From positions 1-64,000 of the forward strand of contig ADNK01000698.1 of the NCBI GenBank assembly GCA_000320545.1: 64,000 bases of DNA, in the 5' to 3' direction. Position 1 is the stretch's first letter. Each line of letters begins with the position of its first letter. A program made the translations under genes and the position numbers. The stretch comes from Bigelowiella natans CCMP2755 (lineage: Eukaryota; Protista; Cercozoa). The notes below the pieces were generated by a model. That model was not told the DNA's origin. It ran no database searches and saw only the letters and a program-made list of their open reading frames with translations. Positions 38,072 to 51,583 of this stretch are shown one piece after another.

Positions 38072-39838
38072 ATGCAGATAATATCACGCGAACGTGACCC
38101 TTTGGTCCGTGGATCGATGCGATGGCGTAGTATGTCGTCGTCATTGCTGCTCGTAGCTGTAGGACTAGTTGGCTGTCTGGCTTTGATTTCCTCTGGAAGA
38201 TCAATGTCTCCTCTCTCGCTTGCTGCAGCCCCAAGAATGGCTGCTGTTAGAAATAGAGTTGTTCCGAACTCTGGAAGGGTAAGAATAAGAAGGATCAAAT
38301 ACTGTGGATGTGGCGATTTACATGCATGATGTGTTTGCGTTTTTTATGCACTGTATATGAGACATGTGGTATCGATCGCTCCGTTGCACTAGCCTGTTCA
38401 GCATCGAATGAAACAATGTCCTTCTCCTCTAAAAGTTTGCTGGAGGTCCCTCCTTTCTCACAGCTTCCTCAATAACAGCAGGTACGTTTACCGAACAAAA
38501 TATTTCGCATTCATCCACATACCAACTACCTGGCTATTCTTGCTTATACCTGCCAAATACTTCTAATGAATCGTTCCTGCTCTCTCTCTCTCTCTCTCTC
38601 TCTCCCTCCCTCCCTCCTCTCTCCGAATAAAATATACAGATGGGAAGAAGCAAAGCTCGGCAACTGAATTGACTCCTCATCTGCTTCCTCTCCAAAGCAT
38701 GCGAGCAGCAGCAGTGGAAGCTCCAGTGGAAATTTCGGCTAACAGCCCAGGTTATGCGAATATCTGTAAGTATATATGTACACGCATATGCACCAAGGGG
38801 GAGAGACTGGGTGAGAATAGAGGAAAATTACGTCCGACACACATGATACTTACCACCATCGCTTTCCGCGTCGTATTGCTCTCCCCTGCCCACTCATTCG
38901 TTGTGACGTATCCTTTGCCAGAGGAGCAAGATAAGAGTCTGCTTCCGGATGATGTCGAATTTGGCGACCCAGAGATCCGGTATACTCTCTCAACAATCAT
39001 CACCTGCCTGGGAAACGTCGCACACATACGCATGCACACGTTCATAACACATAAACACACAGCAAACGAGCCGAGCGCATACACCACAACCGACATAACA
39101 GTATTCGCATCATCTCTTACAATGTCTGGCAATGGATCAGAGCAAAGTTTGAGCGAGTTTTGATGAAAGCCCAGGACAACATCTGCAAGTAAGTCGGATT
39201 GAGATGCCAGCAACAGCACCATAGACTCTTTTAAATTTAATCTCGCCATACTCTACTGCTGTCAACCTCTGCGACTTTGCAACGTGAGCTTCGAGTCGGC
39301 ATAGCCGCTAAAATGTTATCTTTCGAAGCGAAAACCAACCAAGCAAGCGAGAGGCTACCGCCATTTCTTAGCTATCCTTCCCGTATGTTCATGATAGTGT
39401 GTTTACCCTCCAGGGCTCTTGAAGAGATGGATGGTGAGGGAAAGTTCCAACAGGACAGGTAATGGAGACAGAGAGCGATAAGAAGACTGTATGGTTCGGG
39501 TGAGTCGTTACTGAAAAGGAGGGGATCGAGAGCTATGAGTCTGCACAATAGGGCACAATACTCCGCGGGTTCACTGATCTTCCTGCTGTGTGCTTCTGCT
39601 ACTGTTGTGTGTTTATCTTTGAATGGCACGTGGATTTTTAGATGGTTGAAGTCCACTGGTGGCGGAGGTAACGTTAGCAACAGCTCCCACGACGGCCATT
39701 TAAAATGAAAACGAGCGCTGTCTCCGCGCTTTCGTACAATGATGAGTTCATCTGGTATTTTTACAGGCCGCTCACGCGTGATGTCCGAGGGGAAGGTTTT
39801 CGAAAAAGCCGGTGAAGCTACAGCTATTACTATCCTTT

Positions 39839-39879
<41 letters not shown>

Positions 39880-42656
39880 ACCAAGCTAGTAGTAGTGCCT
39901 ATCTTGATACTTTTCTCTTCTTAGGCATTAATCTTTCCGTTCTGAAAGGCGCTTTACCATACGAGGTGTGAACTTGTTTTTGGGTTGCCGCACCAGTGCT
40001 AGTTGTGTGTTTATTCATACCCGTCTCTGAATCTCCTCTTTCTCTCTCTCCTTCTCTTTCTCTTTCTCTTTCTACCGTTCCTGATCCTTCGTATTTGTTT
40101 CTGTGTGGGCTTCCCAATTGCCTTAGTTTATTGCTAAGCGCGGCGAGTGCAAAGGCTTCAAAGAAGGTAACGTTTACCAGTTCACAAGACCAAACCTGTT
40201 CATCACACGATTTTGTTTTAAATTCAAACTCATTTTGGCATCTCTCCTTACTCCCTCTAAGGCGAAAGGATACCCTACGTGGGAATGGGCCTCAGCTCTG
40301 TGATTCACGTGCGAATGATGAGTTTACTCGACAACATGATGATGACGATGATGATAATGGTGGCGGTGGCGGCGGTGGTGATAGTGACGGCGATTGTCAT
40401 GAAGAATGGCGACCATTTCCAAGGAGAAAGGGAAGGAGAATGAAGAAGAAGGAGAAGAAGAAGAAAGAGAAGAAGAAGAAGGAGAAGAAGAAGGAGAAGA
40501 CAAATCTTGTGAGAGAAGCAAGAGAACGCACCTATTTTCTAGGGCGCATACATATAGTCACATTGCACATCCAGAGCGCGGATCGCAAATATTAGGCTCT
40601 TCCTTTTGCCTTTACGCACGCATGTTCTAGTTTGAATTGCTTGCTGATGGGTGCCTGCTGCTATTAACAGCCCCGAAATCCATTCGCACCGACGATGCAC
40701 TTCAACTACCGGCTCTTTCAAACCGAGTGCGGCGTGTGGTGGTTTGGAGGAGGCACGGATATTACTCCAAGCTACATCGATAAGGATGACTTGAAGCTCT
40801 TCCACGGTATTCGATCCCAAATTTGCACTGCGCTGGTATTTGACTCTGATAATGTACCCGTGTTTGTTGTGCTTGATTGCCGTTCTTGGTATGTTTCTCT
40901 CGCATAACAAAAGGCACATACAAGGAGGTAACGTTTCTGATAGCGGCAAGCAAATGCCGCGCCACGCAGCACACCGTCCATGCCCTGCTACTGCTGATGA
41001 TATATTCTTGCTGCTGCTAAATGTCTAACAACAAAGAGAATTTAATCCGAAAATCAATGAGTTTCTCCGGTCGACAATCCGCCAAGGGTGGTTGTCGATG
41101 ATGTAGCCATCGTTATGCGGCCTCAGCCCGCCTTGAGCGGATGCCGATTTTGCTGCCTCATCAGGTGTGCGACAAGCATGATCCAGAGTTCTATCCCAAA
41201 TTTAAGAAATGGGCTGATGAGTACTTTGTCATCAAGCACAGGGGAGAAACAAGAGGCCTTGGTCATATGTCCCTCGCACTATTTTTCACCATAACGGCAC
41301 GCATCCGCAATAGAGAACACGAGATGCTGAGAATACCAAAACTGTTGTTTTGCCTTGTGCTATACGGCCTTTTGGTCAGCTACTGCCATGCTAATTGCTG
41401 CATCAACAACTACATTAGGTGGCATTTTCTCGGACGATATGAATGATCGGTGCTATATTTTTCTATATAATATTAATGGTGGTGGTGGTGGTGGTAGCTA
41501 ATGGTGGTGAGAATAAACAGGGAGTCAAGAGAAAATATTCTTTGCCATGATCATATCTTCCATGTCAGCGATCCGGAGAAGCTACTCGAATTCTACACAG
41601 ACTGTGTCAATGTGAGTGATGATACTTGTCTCTCCTGATTGATGCCTTGAAGCCATGCCACATCCCCGTTCCCTATGTAACACCCGCCGTACGAGTGACA
41701 AATCTTTTTGGTTTTCACCTTAATTTAGAGCGTCGTGCCCGCGTACGTTCCTATAGTGAAGAAGCACATGAACGATGAGTTCACCGCTCAGCAAAAGGAG
41801 TGGCAGGGGATGCGGAGAGGCCGGTACAAATGTCGCATCTACCATTTTCTCTCTTAAAAGCAGCTCGCCTCGCTCTAATACAGAATATGTACCAAAACTT
41901 AAGTCCTGAATGTGACCGAGAAAAACGCTATTGAACTGTTGCTTCCACACCTCTCTTCCTCTAATCCCCTCTCCTCCTCCTCTTCTTCCAACTTCTACTT
42001 ATGGTGTCGCAGGTACGTTGAGTTTAATGTAGTGTACGATCGTGGGACTATCTTTGGCTTGAAAATGGTAGAAGTTATAGAGAAATGTTAGTGTTCATAG
42101 GAATAATTCAAATATTTATATGCGGTGTGACGATGTGACGGTGATGATGGAGGATGGAGAAAGAAATCGATTAGGTTAGGGTACTAAATCTTTGGTATGA
42201 CGTAGCAGCAGTATATTGGGTGGTGGTGATATTTGTCTTTCATCCTCCCTTCCCCGCTCAAAATTCTGGAAAGCTCTAACTCAGCCCTTGCTTCTCTTCT
42301 GTCTTTTGCTGTCTGTGTGTGTGTGTGTGTGTGTGTCTCCGTATCGCACGTGCTATTATCAGGGCCTTAACACCGAACGCATTCTGATGTCCCTTCCACT
42401 TCAAGCTAGATGGGAATATGACCACCAGATAGAGCCAGGTAGTATGAAAGGAAGAGGAGGAGCGAGGCGGGGGCACAATTGAGATTTCCATGCTATCACA
42501 GCTGATTTTCTCTATTGATACTAGTTGCCCATATCTAGCATATCCATACACAGAGAGAAGTGTGAGCGTGTATTTGTGTTGTGCTGCCTACCCTTCACAG
42601 GCTCTCCTGAGGCAGACATCATGGATGCTTTCAAGAATCCGAGGGAATGGGTTTAG
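38072..42656 (+). CDS. CPOX: Oxygen-dependent coproporphyrinogen III oxidase with an N-terminal signal peptide plus transit-like presequence
   Basis: Exons [22 protein letters not shown]|[102 protein letters not shown] and [11 protein letters not shown]. The start ATG is at 38072 or 38117. Confidence 0.96.
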
Positions 42657-42699
42657 AAACGGATGGGCAGGAGAGAATAATGTCGGTCTAATACGCTCA

Positions 42700-43300
42700 T
42701 AGTTGAAGCATGCTCATTGCACTCGTTCGCCATGCCACAATGTTGTCTGAATGCACAGTACATAATGCGTGAAAGTGATTGGGAAAAATTAAACATTTCA
42801 TTACATACACCGTCTCATAATAATGCGCGTGGAAAGTGAAGTCTGTCATTGATCATCCTGCGCGCATGCATGCATTGTGGCATGCAACAAATCATGTGGA
42901 CATGTTTGTCACTAGCTCTAGAAGACATGCTAGCATGTGCATGTACGTCTCATGTGTGCTGCACAAAATTGCAAATCCATTTTGGGCAATCGATCTAGCA
43001 ATGGCATGTGCATCTCTAAATCTATGCATCTAACTAGCTAGATGTACCATGATCGAATGCAACACAGCTAGAGATAGGCACACGTACGTGGAAGGCTGAA
43101 AGATGACATGACCATTGGATTCACATCTGAACTTGGTGCAGTAGCGCACCCCCGTTTGCGACAAGCTTGCTAGCTAGAGATGACGATGTGCTCAACGCTC
43201 GCTAGCGCGTGCGATGCAGTCGCGCGTGCACTCGTAGGTCGATCTAGATCGACATGTGACGACATCACATCGCACACGTAAGAACGAGTAACATCGACAA
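42700..43300. other. TpA-depleted, CTAG-rich tract at convergent junction 2 (CPOX / ACBP)
   Basis: Hand count over 42841-43260: 20 TpA, 11 in CTAG and the rest in CTA, TAG or GTAC. No WTAW was found. Confidence 0.85.
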
Positions 43301-43399
43301 AATGCTTATCGTGCTAAAGATAAAGGCTCATAGATTTGATGGACCAGAAGCTATCATTCAGGATTTCTCTAGCTCTGCTGTCTGGGTGGTTCCTATTTC

Positions 43400-43892
43400 T
43401 TATGCAATTTCGAAGTCCTTGATCTGAGAATTAACCTCTTTCACATAGGCTGCTTCAGCGTCTTCTTTGCTCATTCCTTTGTACGATATACGATATATGG
43501 AAGAATGTTACATCTTAATTTGAAATAAGACACTTCTCTTCTCTTCTTCCCCCCTCTCTCTATTTAAACTTTGTTCATACCCTTGAGCTTTGCCCAGGCA
43601 TCATACTTGGCACGTGCTTCCAGCTGGATTGCCCATGGTTGGGAACCTTTTACATCCCCCTCCTTTACTTGCTTGTAGTGTGCGTAAAGAGCCAATTTCC
43701 TCTCGTTTGGTACTGTCTTCTTTGGCTGGTGCGACTTATCGCTGATGAACTTGACAGCCTCCTCGAATGATTTTAATTCCGATCTAAAGTATATAATTTA
43801 CTGGTTATTTTCGACACGATGCAGAGCAACTCTACGCTGGGCGATGAACGCGTGGTGATTGGGAAGGGGGGTGGGGGAAGCTATTACGCCAT
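43400..43892 (-). CDS. ACBP: Small acyl-CoA-binding protein, 3 exons
   Basis: MA|SELKSFEEAVKFISDKSHQPKKTVPNERKLALYAHYKQVKEGDVKGSQPWAIQLEARAKYDAWAKLKG|MSKEDAEAAYVKEVNSQIKDFEIA-TAA, with the LYxxYKQ and AKxDAW motifs. The ORF track misses this gene. Confidence 0.93.
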
Positions 43893-44304
43893 GTTGTGCT
43901 CGTAAGCTTCGCTTTAGTGCGGAGTATCTTCTAAATATCTCTCTCGAGATTGCTGGGCAAACATTGCCTGCGACAAGCAATTGTTTCACAAAAAGTTAGT
44001 CTAGAAAGGCAGGGATTGCATTGAGATGAAACACAACATCGTGCAAGATGACACGAGACTCAAACTTAACAACAACGAAGACAAAATTTGGAAATAGTAA
44101 CAGGAAAAACGACGAAGACAAATGATAAGTAGCAAAAGAATGAAAAAAGGGCCCAGGTTCAGAAATGTTTCTAAACTGAGTTGCATGAAAGTAGTTGTCG
44201 CAGGTGATAAATCCAACACATTTCGGCCTCCAATATCGAATCTGCCGACAGGCAAATACGACGACCTAAGCAGGCCACGCGCTCGTACCAATCACGAAAT
44301 AGAA

Positions 44305-45295
44305 ATGGGAGGAGCACAATGCACTGGAAGGGGCGGACGACTCAAGGTGGAATCCAAGCTACCTGCGTTCAACGATGTTAAGGGTCGATCAGTGCCGCCT
44401 GGATCCATTGGTACTGCTGCTACTACTATTCCTACTAGATAGACCTTCATGAAGATGACGAATGCTTCTTACATTGCCGCATCTTTCCGAAGTTGCCGTG
44501 ACCGGCGCATCAGGATTCATTGGAAGCCACGTCGTGAAAGCGTTGTTGGCAGCTGGATACATCGTGCGAGCCTGCGTTAGAGATGCTGAGAGCAAGGTGA
44601 GTACGAATGCCCTGTGGCAGTAGTTTATAATAGCCATGCTTATTAAACGCATGCAATCCGCAACAGGAAAAGACGGCCCATTTGACTGCGATGAAAATTG
44701 GCAGTGGAGCGAAATTGGAGCTTTTTTCAGCGGACCTATTCAAGTCTGGAAGGTCTGATATTTATAGATGATCGCCCTCTTTTTCACATGCAAAGCTGAC
44801 GCCCCATCCTGCCAAATGTAGCTATGATTCTGCGTTCGATGGAGCTGACGCTGTAATTCACTGCGCGGCTGTCGTTGCCAATAAGAACTCGGTAAGAATT
44901 CACAACTTGAGTATTCATGCATGTTGTCTTGCCATGTTGCTTCAGAAAGGAACAGCGAAGTACAGTCCACATTGTTCTTGGAAGTGTAATTAACGCGTGC
45001 TTGCAAAGGTGAAAGGGGACCCATATGAGGCAATTGTATCGCCTAGTGTAAAAGGTATTTGAGAGACTTAAATTATCGTAATTTATTCATCAAAACGAAC
45101 ATTAATGAATACGTGTGTACGACATGTTGTAGGCACCCAAAATGTAACTACATCGATACACAAGGCAAACTCAGTAAAGCGGGTTATTCACACGAGCTCT
45201 CTTGCTGCTATTCAGGTTGCTGATCATACATACATACACCCAATAAAGTCCCTCTATATTTCACATACCCACATATACACACACATATTTAATAC

Positions 45296-45337
<42 letters not shown>

Positions 45338-46875
45338 TATATGTATATATGGCACAATCTACATATGCGTGTATATATGTGGGTGCGCGAAGTATAAGCC
45401 TCATATCCTAACCCTTCACCTATCAACCAATGTTACCAGACCTACGACAAGGCACCGAACTATTTCTTCTCAGAAAAGGACTGGAATACTTGGTAAATTC
45501 CCCACCGATCATTAGTTTTATGAGTGCCGTCGTTGTCTTGCAACGGCAAAAGCAGCCCAAACGTAACCACAGTCTCTTCACTCTCGCCGTCCGACCCCTC
45601 CCCTTTGTTCCTCGTGTGCTCCAAAGGTCCAACGAGGTCAACCAAGATTACTACGGGCTAGGGAAGACACTCGCCGAGCAAGAGGCCATCAAGATGTCGA
45701 GCGGAAAGTCCTACGACCTAGTTGTCATCAACCCGTGCGTTGTGCTGGGCGAGTGTCTCACCAAAAAGCATACGAAAGCTTCACCAGGTAAACTAGAAGA
45801 AAGTAGAAGTAGTAGTAGGAGGAGGGGGAGAAGGAGGAGGTGATGGAGGAGGAAGAGAGCTTCACTAGCGTTAGCGGGTGAACATCTGCGTGTGTTATTT
45901 GACTAAGAGGTTATGCGTGTTGTTACCCTTTGGCTGTGATCATCCATCCGTATGTTCATTCGTCAGTATTCGTTCGGGAGCTGCTCTATGGCAATAAGCT
46001 TCCGGATACACCTGTCAACTTCGTCGGTAGGACGCAACCAAACAGAATACGCATTGCCTTATGAGAAAGACCACCCGTTACATCTAATCTTGCATTTTGT
46101 CCTCTCCGCGCTGCCCCCCCCCCTCCCTCGCCCGCGGCAGATGTTATCGATGTTGCAACGGCTCATGTGGAAGCTCTCAAGAGACCCGAGGCAGGTTAGC
46201 ATAGCGTGTAAAAGCAAGACTATGCAAAAGCAGGCGGTTGCTGCAGCTACGACGAGTGGGATTGTTGATGTGAGAGAGCTGCGCCCTCGTCGTAGTGTCA
46301 GATGCTGTTACTGATGAACTCCCCCCCCCCCCTGCCGATGTTGCCATCTTTGCAGGATCTAACAGATTCCTTATCTCGGGAGACCACACGTCCCACTTTT
46401 GGCGCTTTGCTAAGCTAGCTCAAAAGCTGGGGAAGCTCTACCCGCAGTACACCTTCAAGGCTAACGTTTACTCTGGCCTCCTCTACAATATTGCTTGGTA
46501 GCTCTTGAATTGCAATCGACAACGAATGCGGAGAGAAAGGAGAGAGAATACATCACGCTATTCAGCCGGTGAATAGATTAGGAATCGAAGCATATGATGG
46601 CTCTGGATGGAAATGACGATGATGACGATGATGACGATGTGGTGATGGTTACGATGTAATTATGGTGGTGGTGATCAAAAGGTATACAACTATGACCGAA
46701 TTCGAGCGTGCAGTCATTCAAACCGACATCAAACTGGACAACACCAAATCAAAGGAGGTTGATGAATAGTACACAGTTTTCCTGATAATGTAGGCGTAGT
46801 TCAGCCGTAGTTATTTATAGTAGTAGGAATGGTGTTAGTAGCTGATCCTGTTGTAGTCGCTAACCAGTCACCAGT

Positions 46876-46911
<36 letters not shown>

Positions 46912-47127
46912 ATAGTAGTAGTAGTAGTAACACAAGGGAGAAGTATATTATGTCGTCCACAACTGTCTCAAACATAACTCTACGAGATCTACGATCGGGT
47001 TGTTACGTGACGTCATTTTTCCTTACAGGTTCTCGGCATTAAGTATGCTGATTTCGATGACACACTGAGAGCTACTATCGACTCTATGGTTACCACCAAT
47101 TTTGTTAAAGTCAAGAGAAAGGAATAG
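44305..47127 (+). CDS. Extended SDR, NAD(P)-dependent epimerase/dehydratase (dihydroflavonol/cinnamoyl-CoA reductase-like)
   Basis: VAVTGASGFIGSHVVKALL (GxxGxxG), SYDSAFDGADAVIHCAA, VKRVIHTSSLAA, catalytic YGLGK (YxxxK) in DYYGLGKTLAEQEA, VVINPCVVLG and DVIDVATAHVEAL; ends VKRKE-TAG. Confidence 0.92.
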
Positions 47128-47249
47128 TCGCGTTGCTTTTTAGTATAATTCTGCATCGTTGAAGATTTAGGATCGCTAGATAGGGCTGTAATATGGTTTA
47201 TTCTAGTAGGCGCCTAAGCGCTTGATAATTACGTACTACATGGCCTTCG

Positions 47250-47900
47250 CACTGCTCCTGCAGGCATACCGAATCGTGTTAGTGCACGATTGCTTGCATT
47301 TGGCGCGGCATATCCATCCATGCAATATCATCATCATGCACTGAAATCTGACATTTAGTAGCGTTATTTCATATGCACATGTGGCGTGCTAGCGCCATGC
47401 TAGAATGGCACACATCTGGACATGTACAGGTCTAGAGGTGCGCGCAGCAGAACTACTAGACTAGTATATACTGGACAAAGTCGAACCATCGACCTAAAGC
47501 GCGATGTAATATCGATATCAAAAATGTGCTAGTGCGTCATTATAAGGACATGCTTGCATGTATACATGCGCACAGCATGCTAGCATGCAAATGAGCTAGA
47601 GAGGCAAAGCTAGCAAAGGTTGTCATGATAGACATGCAACATTGTATATGCATGATTATGATAGACATGCGGTGTCTCCGGCCGCTCATGCTAGCGTTGT
47701 GCATGCGTCACTTGCTGTGATTATGTAGTGATGGAGAAAGCATGCGCACGCATGTGTGTGTTGTGCACGTCATACACCTTTAGACATGCTAGAATGTACT
47801 TGATGTACGTGCAGCAGTGAAAATGAACACTACCGCATCATACTAGCAAGCATGCATGAAAACAATAGAATCGGACAACAATTGGCATGATAAAAAATTC
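47250..47900. other. CTAG/CATG/TGCA-rich, partly TpA-depleted tract at convergent junction 3 (SDR / KH protein)
   Basis: About 12 CTAG in ~600 nt by hand count, with dense gcatgc and tgca. More TpA survives here than at junction 1. Confidence 0.75.
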
Positions 47901-47985
47901 AATTGGTCTACTTCTTTCAAATTTGTAAAATGGTGCGAGCAAGAATCACGCTCCTATTCGTGTGTTGTGCGCTGCAAGCAGCGAG

Positions 47986-50013
47986 CTACACCCGCTGGCG
48001 TTTGTTAGCCGGCTCAGTCCCAGGAGGGCCTTCAGCATTTCGCGAAGTGCCAGGAGGTGGAGCGGCGGCATCGTTGGGTGCAGTTCCAGGTGGCGGAGCC
48101 AGCCCAGGAGGCCCCTCACCTGATGGAGGGGGGGGGTAGCTTCCACCTCCTTGCTGTGGAGGGTATCCAGGATATTGCTGCTGCTGCTGCTGCTGCGACT
48201 TGCTGTCCCCCCCTGCTGCTCCTCCACTCTGTCCGGGGTATTGCTGGCCGTAAGCAGCAGCAGCTTGATACTGGCCGTATGCTGCATACCCGTAGCCGTA
48301 GCCCTGTTGAGGATATCCTCCGTACCCGCCGCCATATCCATACGCTGCCTGCTGTTGCTGCTGCTGAGGAGCTTGCGGTTGCCCGTTTTGAGCGCCACCT
48401 TTGCCTGATGATGATAAAAACACGATGGTCAGCGATGCTTTCCTGAGCGAGTGATGGCAGCTCTCAGGGTTGATATGCTACTGCTATTTGTGCTTGGGTG
48501 GACAATGTCCATTCTGTCTGTGAGAATTATGCAGCATGTCATTGCAGGGAGCTTCATTTTCAACGCCGACCTCCGTTGGGAGGCTGTCCGCCACTTGCTG
48601 CCTGCTTCCAAGGAAGGAGGGGGGGGAAGGGGATTCAGAAAGGAGGGATTGAGAATAACAACGACGACCAACAATAACAAACAACAGCATGGTTCTCTCT
48701 GTGCTCTGCTGATGGAATGCAGAGGAAGGAAAACGATATATGAGGGAGGGCGATGAGAATCAAATCACCTGCTGAGGAGCACCCCCCTCTTGTCCGCTCG
48801 GCTGACAAATTGATGACCAAGATACATCACAATGAGGATGAAAACAGCACAGCACCAATGCGCATCCCTCACAAGTTAAACGCGAAGTTAAATACGAAAA
48901 GGCGGAGGCGTACTCAAAAACCTCCACCATTCCATTACACCCCTCCTCAAACATATCAAGCTCCCTCCTCCTCCTCTCCCCCCCCCCGTCTCTCTCTCTC
49001 TCTCTCTCTCTCGACCACCTTCTGTGCTTGCTGCTGATACGCTCCACCGTACTGGGGTGGGTAGCCTGGGTAGTAGCCACCTCCTCCCTGTCCATATCCT
49101 CCTCCTGCTGCTGCTGGCCCAGGTGCAGGGTACCCATATCCATAAGGGTTGCCGTACCCGCCGTACGGGTTGTGCGGAGGGAATCCAGTGGGGGGAGCCC
49201 TTTTAAGAAGATACAATTTGCGTTATTAAGTCACAGACCCAGCATCGGCAAGAGCAGTATTAGCAGCAGCAGCAGCAGCAGCAATAACATTACGATTTGG
49301 GCAAATCAAGGGAATCTTCCACCACCACCCCCACTCTCATTTTATATTCCAAACAGACTTGGCGTGATACTTTACCTCATGCCACCGCCTCCGCCTCCTC
49401 CCTGCTGGCCTTGCATAAGCGACTCGATTTCACTCTCTGGAAGAAACAAACAAAGATATCTATTAGCTGCGTCACATTCTGCTCTCGTCACTTTAACCAT
49501 ACGGTTTTATTTGGGGGCGCGAGGGGAGGAGTTATGTCCAAATTTGCTCTTACCAGCATGAGCGACTTGTCTATCTGTACCCGAGAGGCTCACCTGCCAG
49601 CCACAACAAATGCAGTAGTCAGTCGTATTTAGCTACGAGCTGCTGAGCGGGGTCGCGGCATGCACGTATTCATTTTCGTCCCATTCGCGACTCCATTGCG
49701 CACACCATGATGACGATAGCGACTCTGACTACGATGATAAATACTGCGACTGTTGGAGAGACAGCAGCAGCAACAAGCAGGGCCCTTGCATCATTGTTCT
49801 CCTCTCACCTGCCGTGTTGGTGCGTTCGGGTCGGCCTCAGAATCACGGGTCACCTGGGAGAACAGAGAAGAGAGAGAGAAAGAGCAAGAAGCCCAATACG
49901 GTCAGCAAAGAAAGGGGGAGGAGGGGGCGGTTTAACCGAGGACGATAGCGGTGATGATGCGGTGGGGGGTTATAACAGTAAAGAGAGCAATGTTCATGTG
50001 TAGAATAGTATAT

Positions 50014-50089
<76 letters not shown>

Positions 50090-50230
50090 AAGCTAGGCAT
50101 CGTGAGAGAGAGGAGTACGCAGCGGTAGCAGCACCTGAATCCTGCAGCCCGTGTTTGCTTGCAGGTTTCTAATCGTTTCGCCTCCTTTCCCAATCAGAAG
50201 GCCAACCTGTAAGATAGATAGATCATCAAT

Positions 50231-50269
<39 letters not shown>

Positions 50270-51014
50270 CTCGTGGAGATGCTACATCGAGACGACGATG
50301 AGTCCTTCATGGGGGGAAACAGGAGGAAGATAACGCGTGTGCATTGGGGGGGGGGGGGGGGGGCTGCTTACTTTATCTTGAGGAATTTGGATATGTTTTT
50401 GTGCGGTGTCTCCTCGATCTGGTTGTAGGACGATAATGGAGAGTCGCAGCAGCAGCAGCAGCATCAACAACAGATTAGCGTCGCTGCCCATGGTGGCACA
50501 CAGGAGACACAATACCATTGGACCACCGCCACCACCCCGCTATTCTACTCTTTTCGCGCGGGCGCGGCATGATCATCATCATTATTGTAGTAATTCTTCA
50601 TCATCATCCTCGTCATGGGTGGGGGTTTTACGTAACATACTTCCTCCCCCTCCGCCTTGATGCCTCTGCCTACTCTCTATCAGTCCGAAAACCTGTGAGG
50701 AGCGAATATAGATCATCAGAGGAAGAAGGTGGTGGTGGAAAATGGCAATGACACACGGCTGCTCCCATGCACCAGATACACTCTATCATCGAACGAGAAG
50801 ACGCATCCTCTCTCCTCATCTCAATCCCGCACCTCTTTCTCAACCAAACGGATTTGCTCTTCACTGCCGCTGAGCGTCACCATCCTGTTTGGGGACCCAG
50901 GGCGTGGCTCCTTCGCAATCTGGATGCGAGCTCCGGTATCAGCCTGGAAAGAAGAATAATAAGAAGAAGGCAAAAGGAGCAAAGGAATCAGATCAGAGAA
51001 CAGCGTGGATGTGC

Positions 51015-51066
<52 letters not shown>

Positions 51067-51320
51067 GTGTGCTGCTCACATATATGGCAGAATTGCGATA
51101 GTGAGTATGATACAACATACCTGAAGGCTTTTTATTGTCTCCCCTCCCCTTCCGATAACGAGGCCCACCTGCCATGGAGGTCACTCACTCAGCATCAAAA
51201 ATTGGTCGTGGTAGTAGGTTATTATGATAGAGGAGGGGGAGAACATGTGCAAATTTGTACTTTGTCATTTGGAATCTTTATATCCTTGGAGCTTGTGAAG
51301 CCTAAACCTGGTAATGACGA

Positions 51321-51351
<31 letters not shown>

Positions 51352-51551
51352 AAGAAGAAGATCAAGAACAATAACAAGAGATTCAGGGCACCGTACGCGG
51401 AGCACAAAAACCACCTTGCCGATAATCAATCATCATCCCATCACACAACATAATAATGAAGCCCCTATGCATTCGAGTAAGTAAAGCAAAGCTGCTGAAT
51501 AATGCTCACCGGATCGATCTCCTCCTGTCCTTACTGAGGGGTCGAATCCTG

Positions 51552-51583
<32 letters not shown>

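Noticed and set aside
42700-43300. CpG methylation decay or classical RIP as the cause of TG/CA excess
   Set aside because: CpG is abundant (cgcgcg, acgt) and TpA is lost rather than gained, the opposite of both processes.
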